A stretch of DNA of 64,000 nt from a virus (taxonomy: Duplodnaviria > Caudoviricetes), in IMG/VR virus record IMGVR_UViG_2840842423_000001, positions 32,001-96,000 of that record. One strand, 5' to 3'. Below the pieces are notes generated by a model, which saw only the letters and a list, made by a program, of their open reading frames with translations, ran no database searches and was not told the origin of the DNA. A program made the translations under genes and the position numbers. Below, piece after piece: positions 29,763-40,854 of the stretch (positions are counted from its first letter, which is position 1; each line of letters begins with the position of its first letter).

Positions 29763-30119
29763 ATGACAATCACTAAACAAATTAACAACAAATCAAAAGG
29801 AATTTACTCAAGCAATTATGAGTGGGCAAAAGATGTTAAACAGGAAGATGCTTTAAACTGTTTTAACAGGCTTTCTCGTTCAACCTTACAATTAATGACT
29901 TACAATAACATTGACGCTTCAATCGCTTCATATCATGATTTGGAATCACTTGCTAAAGTTTACAATAGTCACTTATCAGATAATAAAGCTTTCTACTATG
30001 GTAATAATAAAGTAGTAAACTACTTAAACGATTTACAATCACAAGTTATAGATATTGTTGCATACACAGACAAACAACAATATGAAATATTTCTATCTAA
30101 CAAATCTAAGAATAACTAA
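29763..30119 (+). CDS. hypothetical protein
   Basis: AAAGGAG RBS. Confidence 0.55.
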   Translation: MTITKQINNKSKGIYSSNYEWAKDVKQEDALNCFNRLSRSTLQLMTYNNIDASIASYHDLESLAKVYNSHLSDNKAFYYGNNKVVNYLNDLQSQVIDIVAYTDKQQYEIFLSNKSKNN

Positions 30120-30265
30120 TAAATACCATATTAATAATATTATTTTATGCTAGTTAGAAACAATCTATTTACACTCTAGTTTGTTTCTAACAATGGATAG
30201 CATAATATTATCCAAAGTGCTGGAATTGACCAATTTAAAATTTTAACTAAAAGGAGATATTAAAA

Positions 30266-30877
30266 ATGTTAAACACAAATAAAAAATATGCAATTGTAAT
30301 GTTTGAAAACAATGCAGAAGAAAAAGAATACATCTACTATGGAAGAACTGAAAATGTAAATCATATATTAATCAAATCAGATGCGAGTATAATTAATATT
30401 GTAGAAGTGAAATATTTTAACAACACTGATGAAATGGATCTGATTTTAGAAACTGTCAGAAATGACTTTACAAACGATGAAATTTTAGAAGATGTATCTT
30501 TTTACAACAGTGATTATTTTATAGAGAAAAATAATATCCATACAGAAAAAATGATTACACTATACGACTATAACAAAAATATTTACACTCTACTTAGAAA
30601 ATGGTTTCATGCTAAAAATGAGGTAAAAAGCAATTTAAATAAAGATAGTAAAGGCTATTACATTATAGAAAAAGGATTGAACTTATTCAATCCTAACAAA
30701 TTATACCTAACAGAAAAAGACGCTAAACAGTATCATAAAAAGGAATATTTAAATATAAAATTGAATGAATTAAAGAAGAACAAAAGCAATTGGATAATAA
30801 AAGAAACAATCACAGAAAAAGAATTTGCTAATAGATGTAATTTTTTAGATAGAATGAATAATGTAAAAATGATATAA
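30266..30877 (+). CDS. hypothetical protein
   Basis: 203 aa, AAAGGAG RBS. Confidence 0.6.
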   Translation: MLNTNKKYAIVMFENNAEEKEYIYYGRTENVNHILIKSDASIINIVEVKYFNNTDEMDLILETVRNDFTNDEILEDVSFYNSDYFIEKNNIHTEKMITLYDYNKNIYTLLRKWFHAKNEVKSNLNKDSKGYYIIEKGLNLFNPNKLYLTEKDAKQYHKKEYLNIKLNELKKNKSNWIIKETITEKEFANRCNFLDRMNNVKMI

Positions 30878-30911
30878 AATAATTCTAAAATATGAAAAGA
30901 GGTACTACAAA

Positions 30912-31127
30912 ATGAATCCAATTTCATTATTAAAAACCATTGAAACTATGTCACATGAGGAAGTTTTCAACTATGCATTTTACCACCTAAACGGTACACA
31001 AATAAGAAACATTATAAATTATTATGACAATGAATTTTCCACCTTCTTACAATATGATGAAAATTTACAATCATTAAATGATAACATAAAAGATAAGATG
31101 CAAATTTTCAGAGATAGACTATATTAA
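30912..31127 (+). CDS. hypothetical protein
   Basis: AGAGGT RBS. Confidence 0.5.
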   Translation: MNPISLLKTIETMSHEEVFNYAFYHLNGTQIRNIINYYDNEFSTFLQYDENLQSLNDNIKDKMQIFRDRLY

Positions 31128-31435
31128 AAGCTTATATCTAAAAAACGAATCATTTTAAGCTATCCTACACGCTTTAAAATATGATTATAACCTATAAATC
31201 ACGTATCACTCAAAAGCAGCATATTACGCTTTAAAATGATTTATAGGTTATTGTGATACTTTCAAGCATATAACCATACACAATAACTATATAATATTAT
31301 ATTAATAAATTTCAATATTCTTATTGACATTATCCCATAATAGGTATATAATATTATATATCAAGTCAAACAGTATCAGATCAATCACAAATACATAAAC
31401 ACACATTTTTATAAAATATCACTGGAGGTTATCAC

Positions 31436-31912
31436 ATGAATATTAAATTTTTCAATCAATCAGTATCAACTATAAAGGAACTAAAACAAGCTTACCGCAA
31501 ACTTGCTAAACAATTCCATCCAGACTTAAACGAACACGACACAACCGAACAAATGAAACAAATCAATAAAGAATACGAATATCTATTTGCCACAGTAGAA
31601 ACTACAAAGGATAACAAAGAAGGGCACACAGTCAATGATAACTACAGATCAATCATAAACCAATTACTCAAACATGAGGGTATTACAATCAATCTAATAG
31701 GCACATGGATATGGTTAGAAGGAAACACATACCCAATTAAAGATGAAATTAAAAAGCTAGGTTTCAGGTTTCAAAGATCATCAAAAAAATGGTACTTAGG
31801 AGAATTTGACACTAAAAAGAAAAAAGGCAAATTATCATGGAATCAGAAAATAGAAAAATATGGGCAGGAACAATTACATTCTAAAGGTAATAAGCCTTTC
31901 CAATTGACTTAA
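31436..31912 (+). CDS. J-domain (DnaJ-like) protein
   Basis: ELKQAYRKLAKQFHPDLN...MKQINKEY; C-terminal 'IGTWIWLEGNT...LGFRF...KKWY'. Confidence 0.8.
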   Translation: MNIKFFNQSVSTIKELKQAYRKLAKQFHPDLNEHDTTEQMKQINKEYEYLFATVETTKDNKEGHTVNDNYRSIINQLLKHEGITINLIGTWIWLEGNTYPIKDEIKKLGFRFQRSSKKWYLGEFDTKKKKGKLSWNQKIEKYGQEQLHSKGNKPFQLT

Positions 31913-32011
31913 TAAAGTGAGATTTTTCTCACTTTAAAGGTTGCAAACTAAAACAACAAATTGCAGCTTTTAAAGTTAGAAAAATACAATTACAAAAAGG
32001 AGTATTATAAA

Positions 32012-32206
32012 ATGAATAAAGATCAATTTACAAATGAAAGAGTATGTAAGTTATTAGATGAAAAAGGAAACTGGAAATATACAGTCAAAGCAATTTATGA
32101 CGGTAGAGGGTTTTATAAGTGGTGTATTCTTGCATTAGCTAAACATACAACAAAAAGTAAATGGGCAAAATTAAATAAAAAGAATACACTAGAAATTTAC
32201 GAATAA
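32012..32206 (+). CDS. hypothetical protein
   Basis: ATG after AAAGGAG. Confidence 0.5.
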   Translation: MNKDQFTNERVCKLLDEKGNWKYTVKAIYDGRGFYKWCILALAKHTTKSKWAKLNKKNTLEIYE

Positions 32207-32238
32207 CAAATAAACTAAATACAAAAGGAGAAAATAAA

Positions 32239-32511
32239 ATGGACAAATATTTTATCGATATTTCAAAAGGTGACAATCACGGATTTATTTATCTTTATGA
32301 GAATTATCTATCCAATAATGAAAATGAAATTACTGTTATAAATGAACCACAGTTTCACACTTTAACAGTTTCAAAAAATAACATTATAGAGATATCCAAA
32401 GAACAATATTCTTTATTGTTAGAAGTCAATTATCAAGGTTTGGATAATGTGGATATATTGACACAAATTTTTAAGAAATTAAATTTTAAAGATGGAATAT
32501 ACAATATCTAA
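32239..32511 (+). CDS. hypothetical protein
   Basis: AAAGGAG RBS. Confidence 0.5.
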   Translation: MDKYFIDISKGDNHGFIYLYENYLSNNENEITVINEPQFHTLTVSKNNIIEISKEQYSLLLEVNYQGLDNVDILTQIFKKLNFKDGIYNI

Positions 32512-32814
32512 AATAACCATAAAAGGAGAATACACATGAACAACCTAACAAAAGAGGAATCAAAAGCACTAAGAATGTTAATTGTAAATGAGATCAACGA
32601 GGTTAATTATGATATGAATAAGCATAACGAAAAAGAACTATCAGAGGAATTAAAAATATTGAAAAGCTTATGGAAAAAGTTTTCATCTGTCACACCTTTT
32701 TAAAGTAATATAAAAAACCGTACAAGTCTTTTTAATGATACATAAGCCTATTAGAACTATTAAAAAGACTTGCAACAGTCTTTAAATACATACTTTAAAA
32801 AGGAGACCATAAAA

Positions 32815-33081
32815 ATGAATAAATTTACAGTAACAAACGAGTTTATAAATCAAATGATAGAAATTGCTAACAATCAAGGGATAGATTACAACATGTTTGA
32901 AGGTTCATTGACTGACAATTTTATATTTTACGACACAGAGAGAATAAAAATTACAGAGGTTGGCCAATCAAAATATCTCATTATCAAAGAAAATTTTGTC
33001 AATACATGGACAAGTGAATTGGAATTAATAGCAACAAATGAAATCAGCACAGTTGAAAAATATGAAGAAATTTTTATTTAA
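32815..33081 (+). CDS. hypothetical protein
   Basis: ATG after AAAGGAG; 'EGSLTDNF...ENFVNTWTS'. Confidence 0.55.
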   Translation: MNKFTVTNEFINQMIEIANNQGIDYNMFEGSLTDNFIFYDTERIKITEVGQSKYLIIKENFVNTWTSELELIATNEISTVEKYEEIFI

Positions 33082-33111
33082 AATACAATCAATCAAAAGG
33101 AGATCCAAAAA

Positions 33112-33345
33112 ATGAAAACAAACCTATACCAAAAGTTTAAAAAATATCAAGTTTCAAACGTATCATCTGTAAGGGAATTTATAGAAAGGTATTACAAGCC
33201 TACACGCTTAAAAGATACACAAGGAATGGAAGGCAGAAAAGAAAGGCTTATTTCCAATTATGAAAAAGAATTAAAAGAGTGTGGTTATTGCTTCATTTCA
33301 CATCATGACAATATTACTGGTGAAGTAGTTTCATTCTATGGATAA
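33112..33345 (+). CDS. hypothetical protein
   Basis: AAAGGAG RBS; 'ISHHDNITGE'. Confidence 0.55.
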   Translation: MKTNLYQKFKKYQVSNVSSVREFIERYYKPTRLKDTQGMEGRKERLISNYEKELKECGYCFISHHDNITGEVVSFYG

Positions 33346-33446
33346 TCACATGCAGGATGTTTTGTTTCCTGCTTTAATGTAATAATATTATATTGGATTG
33401 TTACATTAAAGCAATAAATAAAATTCAATCTAAAAGGAGAATACAA

Positions 33447-33857
33447 ATGACATATACTATTCAATCAAAAGAAACAGATTTAATCAATGTATTAAACAAT
33501 CTCAACGAAGATCATAAAATTACAATCATAGGTATTAATGATTTTGGCTTCCCTCAAGTATCACAAACGAAATTTCATTCAATAGAGATCAAAGAAAATT
33601 ATTCTCAAAGGTTTGTATATCTCATTCATAAACCAAAACACAAACGCAAGCATTATAAAAAGTCGTTGGATAGCAAAGACATAATTATACTTAATGACTG
33701 GCATGACATTAGCACAGAATCACAGCATAAAACGACATATAAGGATGACCATATTATCAAAAAATCCATATATACTTCATTCGATACTACTTTCTTAAAA
33801 GAAATAGATTTAATCTATAACACAGAAAAACTATACTCACACATTGCAGCAAATTAG
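33447..33857 (+). CDS. hypothetical protein
   Basis: ATG after AAAGGAG. Confidence 0.55.
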   Translation: MTYTIQSKETDLINVLNNLNEDHKITIIGINDFGFPQVSQTKFHSIEIKENYSQRFVYLIHKPKHKRKHYKKSLDSKDIIILNDWHDISTESQHKTTYKDDHIIKKSIYTSFDTTFLKEIDLIYNTEKLYSHIAAN

Positions 33858-34412
33858 TAAATTCGTTTTTCTAATATGGATATGATCATTAACACCATTC
33901 TAAACAGATCGTATCCATCCATGGACAAATGAATTACATAATAGAATAACCAACAAACATAAGTCTAAAAGGAGGTTGCAAGCATGATTAAACGCTTAAT
34001 CATTGATGCATTGATAGACGTATTACCAAAGAATCGAACAGATTTTTATATGTGTATTCTATTCGTATTATCAGTATCATTCTTATGTTTCACCATGATA
34101 AACTCATAATAAATAAAAAATATTATATTTAACAAAACACTTTACACTTTTAAAATTTTATGTTATACTGTATTTACAAGGTTAAGAAACACTTAAAAAC
34201 TTTGTTCCTTGTCTTAAATGTTTAATATTTATTATACTGTATTCGCATTGAACATTTAAGAGAGGGATAGGAACTCTTTTTATAGTAGGCAATATAATTT
34301 ATTCTTTGCCCAAAGGATTGAAACACGTATTCTAATTGCAGCAATTCAATCTTTTAGGGAAAGAATAAACAATGTAAACTACACAATAATAACAAACTAA
34401 AGGAGCAAACAA

Positions 34413-34625
34413 ATGTATAAGCATTATGAATTTAAAGGCACACATAAAGCAAATAATAAGCCAATCAATATCCATGTATACATAAAAGATAATACTCTTA
34501 CATTACACGCATTCGGACAAATAACAAATTATCCTGCAATCATTGAAAAAGAGGTTATTCAATCATTACAACATGATTACAATTTAACTTTAATCACTGA
34601 TGATCAACTGGAAAATGTTTCATAA
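34413..34625 (+). CDS. hypothetical protein
   Basis: AAGGAG RBS. Confidence 0.5.
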   Translation: MYKHYEFKGTHKANNKPINIHVYIKDNTLTLHAFGQITNYPAIIEKEVIQSLQHDYNLTLITDDQLENVS

Positions 34626-34660
34626 TTTGATAAACAAAATATCATTGGAGGATCATAAAA

Positions 34661-34900
34661 ATGCAAAATAAATCAGAATTTATAACACTTGTAAAAGCAA
34701 TTTTAAGCGACATGAGAGCCAATAACGATTTAATCAATACCAACAACAGGGAAAGGCTATTATCCTATCTAGGACAGTTTGATGCCAGCACAAACAAGTT
34801 AATATTAGACTTTTATAAGATTAATAAAACTATTGCTAAAAATGGAGGCATTCCAGTATTAAAAGAGATCATTAATAAATTTGAAACAAAAACATTCTAA
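34661..34900 (+). CDS. hypothetical protein
   Basis: GGAGG RBS. Confidence 0.5.
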   Translation: MQNKSEFITLVKAILSDMRANNDLINTNNRERLLSYLGQFDASTNKLILDFYKINKTIAKNGGIPVLKEIINKFETKTF

Positions 34901-34996
34901 TAAATAATAAATATTGTATTGACATTTATATACTCTATATGGTAGAATGTAATTAACAGTTAAGCAACAACAAATATTATAAAAGGTGGCAATCAC

Positions 34997-36862
34997 ATGT
35001 TAAACGTAGAATTAAAAATCAATGACGAATTAAAAGGAATCGAATTATATTTTGACTCTATACCTAATCCAGAGGTTAGAAATACTTTAAAATCAAGTAA
35101 ATTTCGCTTCTCAAGTCGTAAAAAATGTTGGTATGCGAAACAAAATGAAGATACTTTTAAAATAGCTAACGCATTAACAAATAGTAATATTACAACAACA
35201 GATACACAAAATGCAGCAATTAAGAAAACAACCAACAAAAATACACTATCTCTATGGGAAGCTACACAATGGATAGATATAGAAGTTAATAACAATCAAG
35301 AAACAAAACAAATGGCAAAGGAAATAAGACAACATCTTAAAAAACGTTTTCCACAATGTAAAATAAGCGTTACAAGCGATTACAACCATATCAATGTAAC
35401 CATTAAACAATCACCATATAATGAAGATAGCCAGTATTTAAAAGCTATTAGAAACTATTGTAACAACTTAGTTAATGCGTATAAACATTGCTACAATGCA
35501 GGCGATCCATATACAGACATTCCTGCAAGCTATAATTTCTATTTCTTCAATACAAGTGTTAACTATGATTACAACCAAACAGAAGTCACGGAAGAAGTTA
35601 AAAAGAATATGGAATTATTTGATCAACAACAGGCATTATATGAGCAAGCAGAAGAAGCAAGAAAAGAAGAAGAGTATCAAGAATACATGAAACAACAAGA
35701 GTTACGCAATATTGAATATAAAAAGCAACAAGAAGAAACACAGAAGCAAGTTGAACATATTAACAATAGTATTAACGTAAAATCATTAGAAGATGATAAA
35801 CAATACTATATTATTGGTGCAGAATTCGCAAACTTAAATAAAAACAATACTTTGGATCAATATATAGAAGAAGTACAAAAAGGTGATTATTCACTTGAAA
35901 ATGTAAAGGTTACAAAAGAGCTGCATTTTGACAATCAAGAAGCATTAACAAATTATTCCAATATGTTACTAAACAATTTTGAATTTTTACAAGAGACAGG
36001 AGGAAGCTATACAGAGGATAACCGTATTAATTCAATGACAGACTTTCACAACATGGATAAAATGGAAAGAAACACCGTACAATGGAATTTAACGGGTGTA
36101 GCAGTATTCTACAATGATAAATTACAATTTGTTATAGATGCACAAGGACATGACTATGCACGTTATGTTGGATTAACTGATAACGCAACAATACAAATAG
36201 ATTTTACTTTTGATCAAGTACTAGAAGGTGAAGAACTTCAAGAATTAAAATTAAAAGCTGACGAACTGGAAAGCATTTCTACTGATACAATAACAGAATT
36301 AAATATAATTGACACATGGCAAACTGAACACTGGACAGAATACAAGGACACCATAAAAGATAAATTAAAACAGTATCAATTTAAACTAACTAAAGGTATC
36401 ATACAACAATTAGAAATAGAGTCACTCAAAACTAACATGTATAAACTGTTAATCGAAGTAGACGGCATACAGGATCAATTTATGGAAGCTAATATTAAAC
36501 AAGGCGAAAAGCTTACACTATTCTATATATCAGATTGGGGAAGTATAGTTACAAGTAGAATTACTTTTGATAATTGTATCCCAACAAAATACGCACAGTA
36601 TGACAACGCTATTAAATTAACATTTACACCAGAACGAAAAAGAAAGTTACATTATAACTATTTTCATTCCACACTATTAGTATATAAAGGATGGCACGAA
36701 CTACCAGAAGAAGTATTACACACTGTAGAACATACTGGCAATATGAGAATAACAAAAAGTAAATACCATTCAGTCGATAATAGGCAATATGATGAGATAT
36801 TAAGCCATTATAAGCGACAGGATATTATTCCAATCATAAACACCTACAAGCCAGTATTTTAA
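34997..36862 (+). CDS. polyvalent-type protein with LPD29-like domain
   Basis: 'AKEIRQHLKKRFPQCKISVTSDYNHINVTI...DPYTD' and N-terminal 'GIELYFDSIP..EVRNTLKSSKFRFS..KKCWY' modules. Confidence 0.6.
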   Translation: MLNVELKINDELKGIELYFDSIPNPEVRNTLKSSKFRFSSRKKCWYAKQNEDTFKIANALTNSNITTTDTQNAAIKKTTNKNTLSLWEATQWIDIEVNNNQETKQMAKEIRQHLKKRFPQCKISVTSDYNHINVTIKQSPYNEDSQYLKAIRNYCNNLVNAYKHCYNAGDPYTDIPASYNFYFFNTSVNYDYNQTEVTEEVKKNMELFDQQQALYEQAEEARKEEEYQEYMKQQELRNIEYKKQQEETQKQVEHINNSINVKSLEDDKQYYIIGAEFANLNKNNTLDQYIEEVQKGDYSLENVKVTKELHFDNQEALTNYSNMLLNNFEFLQETGGSYTEDNRINSMTDFHNMDKMERNTVQWNLTGVAVFYNDKLQFVIDAQGHDYARYVGLTDNATIQIDFTFDQVLEGEELQELKLKADELESISTDTITELNIIDTWQTEHWTEYKDTIKDKLKQYQFKLTKGIIQQLEIESLKTNMYKLLIEVDGIQDQFMEANIKQGEKLTLFYISDWGSIVTSRITFDNCIPTKYAQYDNAIKLTFTPERKRKLHYNYFHSTLLVYKGWHELPEEVLHTVEHTGNMRITKSKYHSVDNRQYDEILSHYKRQDIIPIINTYKPVF

Positions 36863-37018
36863 CTGTATAGCAGCAGTTTATAGGTTTCCTGCTATAACAA
36901 AAAACCTATAAATAATTAATATTATACTTGCTTTATATATCCCATATATGGTATAATGAACTTACAGTAAAGAAACTAATAATTACCAATCACAAGAATA
37001 TCTTTAGGAGGTTGTAAC

Positions 37019-37264
37019 ATGTATAAGAAGCAAGATACAAATGAATTTATCGCTTTCAAGTCTTTATTCAATCAAAATTTACATGACGCATTAATGGACA
37101 ATGACATTGCAGCATTGATGGATATGCTTCATAAGGATTATAAACATGAAACATATAACGATTTTTATAATCATACTAAAATAAACACAAAGGAAATTAA
37201 AGAACAGTACAATCAATTCATGCAAGACATCGCAAATGATCCATACTTAATTTATAAACTATAA
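37019..37264 (+). CDS. hypothetical protein
   Basis: AGGAGG RBS. Confidence 0.55.
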   Translation: MYKKQDTNEFIAFKSLFNQNLHDALMDNDIAALMDMLHKDYKHETYNDFYNHTKINTKEIKEQYNQFMQDIANDPYLIYKL

Positions 37265-37306
37265 CAGTATCACAGATCATGATAATATCAATAGGAGGGT
37301 TAACAA

Positions 37307-37528
37307 ATGGAATCATTCTACAAAGGCTACAAATTTACAATTGAAGCAACAGATATTATAGGTGGAATCCGAATTTATCACAATAATGAAAAGCATGTTG
37401 TAGCACGAAAAGGAAGTTACGAAGGCAGAACATTTTCAGATTTGTTTGCAATCACTGAGGAACTAAAGGCATTAATTGATAATGACAATTTTACTTCAAT
37501 TAAACAATTGCCAGATCACAAATTTTGA
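37307..37528 (+). CDS. hypothetical protein
   Basis: AGGAGG RBS. Confidence 0.55.
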   Translation: MESFYKGYKFTIEATDIIGGIRIYHNNEKHVVARKGSYEGRTFSDLFAITEELKALIDNDNFTSIKQLPDHKF

Positions 37529-37564
37529 ATTAGATTAAAAATACAATACATGGAGGAATTTAAA

Positions 37565-38245
37565 ATGACAGTAGCAACTATTAACATTGAAGAAATCTTA
37601 GGACATATGGTAAAAGCTGAAATTAGTGTAAATGGAATGCTTGGAACAACCAGAATTAATGAAGAGGGTAGAATTGTTTACAGTTTACACAATCAGTCTT
37701 TGTTCTTTTTACCTAAAGGAAAGAGAAACAAGGGTTATGCAATTAGGGGTGAGGAAAACATTCATAGTGTAGAAATAATTAAAAAGGATAACAAAAAGCA
37801 CAATGAATATATTAATGACTATTTAAATAGGGAGCAATTAGAAAGAGATCATATTGAAAGAAGAAGGGAACACAATAAGCAACAGGAGCAAGCTAGGAAA
37901 GAACAATTCGATAGAGAGCGTCAAAGAGAAAAAGCAGCAAAAGAAAAAGAGATTAAAGAAGCTAAGGCATTAGGTGGCTATGAAGAATTAGAAAATGAAG
38001 TTATTGAACTATACGAACAAGACGGAGAATTTTATAATGAAAGTTTTGTAAAAACATTCACTGTTCCTTTATTGAATAAATTGATTAATAAAAGTATTCC
38101 CAACATAAACGAATATAATAAACACTATTTCGATAAGAAACGTAATCCCAAACTTTGTAAGCTAATTGAAGCTAAACTAAACATTAAATTGGTAAACACT
38201 CAAAAAGGAAATGTAATCAAATTAAATGAGTATTTAAATCAATAA
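37565..38245 (+). CDS. hypothetical coiled-coil protein
   Basis: ATG after GGAGG. Confidence 0.6.
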   Translation: MTVATINIEEILGHMVKAEISVNGMLGTTRINEEGRIVYSLHNQSLFFLPKGKRNKGYAIRGEENIHSVEIIKKDNKKHNEYINDYLNREQLERDHIERRREHNKQQEQARKEQFDRERQREKAAKEKEIKEAKALGGYEELENEVIELYEQDGEFYNESFVKTFTVPLLNKLINKSIPNINEYNKHYFDKKRNPKLCKLIEAKLNIKLVNTQKGNVIKLNEYLNQ

Positions 38246-38318
38246 ATAAACAATAACATACTTGACTTCTATATACTCTAAATGGTACAATGTATATAGA
38301 AGTTAAGGAGGGAAAATA

Positions 38319-38519
38319 ATGAATACAAGCACGAAAGAATATGAGGACTTGATGAGATGGGTAATGAATGATATTAGAGATTTACCCAAAGATGTAAAAG
38401 GAAAGGCCAGAAAGCAATTTAACGACTATCTTATGATGACAGTTATGAACTTGGATATGTTTTGCGTAATAAATAATGAGACTGAATTTCAACGCTTTAA
38501 AACGGATCTGATAAACTGA
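38319..38519 (+). CDS. hypothetical protein
   Basis: AAGGAGG RBS after promoter cassette. Confidence 0.55.
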   Translation: MNTSTKEYEDLMRWVMNDIRDLPKDVKGKARKQFNDYLMMTVMNLDMFCVINNETEFQRFKTDLIN

Positions 38520-38611
38520 ATATAGTTACATAGCAGGTTAGCAAATGAACATGTTAGCCTGCTGCAATTCAATAATCAATCAACAATAATATTAACAGGA
38601 GGTTTCACAAA

Positions 38612-39043
38612 ATGAATTTATACAGTCAATTAAAACAAGCACACGAAAAAGAGGTAAACAGTTTTCCCATGAAATTTGCTTTTAGTGATGATCAATTTAA
38701 TCAAAGTATGCAAGAATTAGGATTAACCAAAGATGATACTGATAAAGTGATTAGTATTGGTGCAGGAGGTTTCATCCGTAAAATTGATATAGAAGCATAT
38801 AGAGAGTTATTTGCACGAATGGAACGGGAACATGATCAAGCTATAGAAAACGATACAACAGGCACAGGGTTTATTAAAGATATGTTTAAATATGAGTTAG
38901 GCAACCATGAATATGGCTACACTTATGAAATAAATGATACATTAAGAGCATTAAGTTTAACATATGAAGAAGTAAAACAGTCGGATAAATTGCAGCAAGG
39001 TTTAAAATTAGCTACAGAAGAGTGTTTGCAAAGCGTAGAATAA
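38612..39043 (+). CDS. conserved phage/ICE hypothetical protein
   Basis: 'FAFSDDQF...SIGAGGFI...MFKYELGNHEY'; AGGAGG RBS. Confidence 0.65.
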   Translation: MNLYSQLKQAHEKEVNSFPMKFAFSDDQFNQSMQELGLTKDDTDKVISIGAGGFIRKIDIEAYRELFARMEREHDQAIENDTTGTGFIKDMFKYELGNHEYGYTYEINDTLRALSLTYEEVKQSDKLQQGLKLATEECLQSVE

Positions 39044-39465
39044 ATTAATAAAATTAGGAGGTTTGAATATGAGCAATAAATTATATATAGTCATTGAGGA
39101 CAATGCAGAGGAAGGTGTAGAATCATTCCTATTCAAAGATAAGGAGAAGGCAGCAGAAGCATTTAAAGCTATCATACAAGAGTATAAAGAGAGCATAGGC
39201 AAACTAGGTAATTATTCTGAAATAAATGATACATGGGCAGATATTCTCGATGTGCATAATGATCCAGTGGCCAGAGTATTTTGGCAGGAGAAAACAGTAA
39301 AATAAATTAATAAATAAATAACATTATACTTGTATTATTATACTTTATGTGGTAGAATATTATTAAGAGTTAAGAAACAAAGCAGGGTTATTTCCTGCTA
39401 TGAGGTTATAATATTATATTGTAATTTGATAGCAGAAAATAATATAATCAAAGGAGATTATTATA

Positions 39466-39810
39466 ATGAAATTCAAAAAGACAACACACTATTTGGATCA
39501 TAAATACATTGACAAAAAGGAATACTACAGAGAAGTGAAAGAAGGTTATATCTTTACTGTACTCACTAAAGACAATTACAAAACAGATTTGTTTGTTTAT
39601 AAAATGAGTGATAAATGGCTTGTGAATACGGCAGATGGTAGTTTTCAATTGATCAAGGAGAAACAAGACACACGCAAACAAGCAGCAGAACAAGCACAGA
39701 CAATTATATCCATGCTTAATCTTAATAAGTACAATGAAGCTATACAAGGAATGAAAGAGGTTAAAAGCAAGCTTACACAAGTTGAAAAAGCAACTTCAAA
39801 TGGTAACTAA
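39466..39810 (+). CDS. hypothetical protein
   Basis: AAAGGAG RBS. Confidence 0.55.
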   Translation: MKFKKTTHYLDHKYIDKKEYYREVKEGYIFTVLTKDNYKTDLFVYKMSDKWLVNTADGSFQLIKEKQDTRKQAAEQAQTIISMLNLNKYNEAIQGMKEVKSKLTQVEKATSNGN

Positions 39811-39926
39811 AAGAAAGTAATAAATAATTAATATTATACTTGCATTAACATACAATGCATGATACAATTGATTTAAGAGTTAAGGAAGAACAAACAAAAC
39901 TATAAAAATAAAAAGGTGGAATTAAA

Positions 39927-40295
39927 ATGAACAACAAAAAATTAATGGAAAAGGTTATTGAATTAGATACGCAAACTTTACATACTAGGGAGCAAAGCGA
40001 ACGTGTGATGGTACAAATTGCCATTATCCGCAAAGCGTTTGGAGTTAAAAATTATGAAACAGACTCAAAAGTATTAGATTTTGAAAGAGAACAAATTTTA
40101 TCAGATCAAGAAATTGAAAAAGAGTTTAAACGTTATATAGGTTTCTGGGAGTGGGCTATTGAAACAAACAATCCAGACAAAGCCAAGTATTTTGAGAATC
40201 GAGTTTACTACTTTATTGATGGTGTACGATTTTTCGATGAAAAACTAGCAGAAAATTTTACAAAGTCATTCATGAACAATTTAAACGCAGCATAA
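39927..40295 (+). CDS. hypothetical protein
   Basis: AAAGGTGG RBS after promoter cassette. Confidence 0.55.
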   Translation: MNNKKLMEKVIELDTQTLHTREQSERVMVQIAIIRKAFGVKNYETDSKVLDFEREQILSDQEIEKEFKRYIGFWEWAIETNNPDKAKYFENRVYYFIDGVRFFDEKLAENFTKSFMNNLNAA

Positions 40296-40398
40296 ACTTT
40301 TAATAAATAAACAATATCATTCTTGTATTACCTAACTATATATGGTGCAATAGATTTAAGAGTTAGGTAATACAAGAAATAAATTAGGAGGATTTAAA

Positions 40399-40608
40399 AT
40401 GAAAGAGAAATACTACTTAAACTTTAATGATTTGAATGAGGAAGTACAAGAAAGGATCGTACAGGATGCAATTATTGATTTAGAGGATGAGCAAGACAAA
40501 GAGGAATTACAAGAGGAAGCTGCATTAATGAATATGGATTATGATGAATTTATTACAGAAAAAGCAGAGCGTTATATGATCAACTTTGATTTTGAATTTA
40601 ATGTTTAA
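40399..40608 (+). CDS. small acidic protein
   Basis: AGGAGG RBS; very D/E rich. Confidence 0.55.
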   Translation: MKEKYYLNFNDLNEEVQERIVQDAIIDLEDEQDKEELQEEAALMNMDYDEFITEKAERYMINFDFEFNV

Positions 40609-40854
40609 CGAAAATTGAATTTATTGGAGAGTGTAAAAAATGGAAATCAATAAAACCATTCTTAAATTATTGCAAGGTAGCACAATTAGAATGTCTTATG
40701 ATGATTTTGAAACATTAACAGATCATATTCAGAATGAAGTAAGTGACAATGTTTATAAGCAATTCAACAGTTTAAAATCATACAATGATACACTAGGAAC
40801 AATTAAAGTATTAAAAGTATCGCTGTAAAAAATATAATTAAGGAGAATCGCAAA

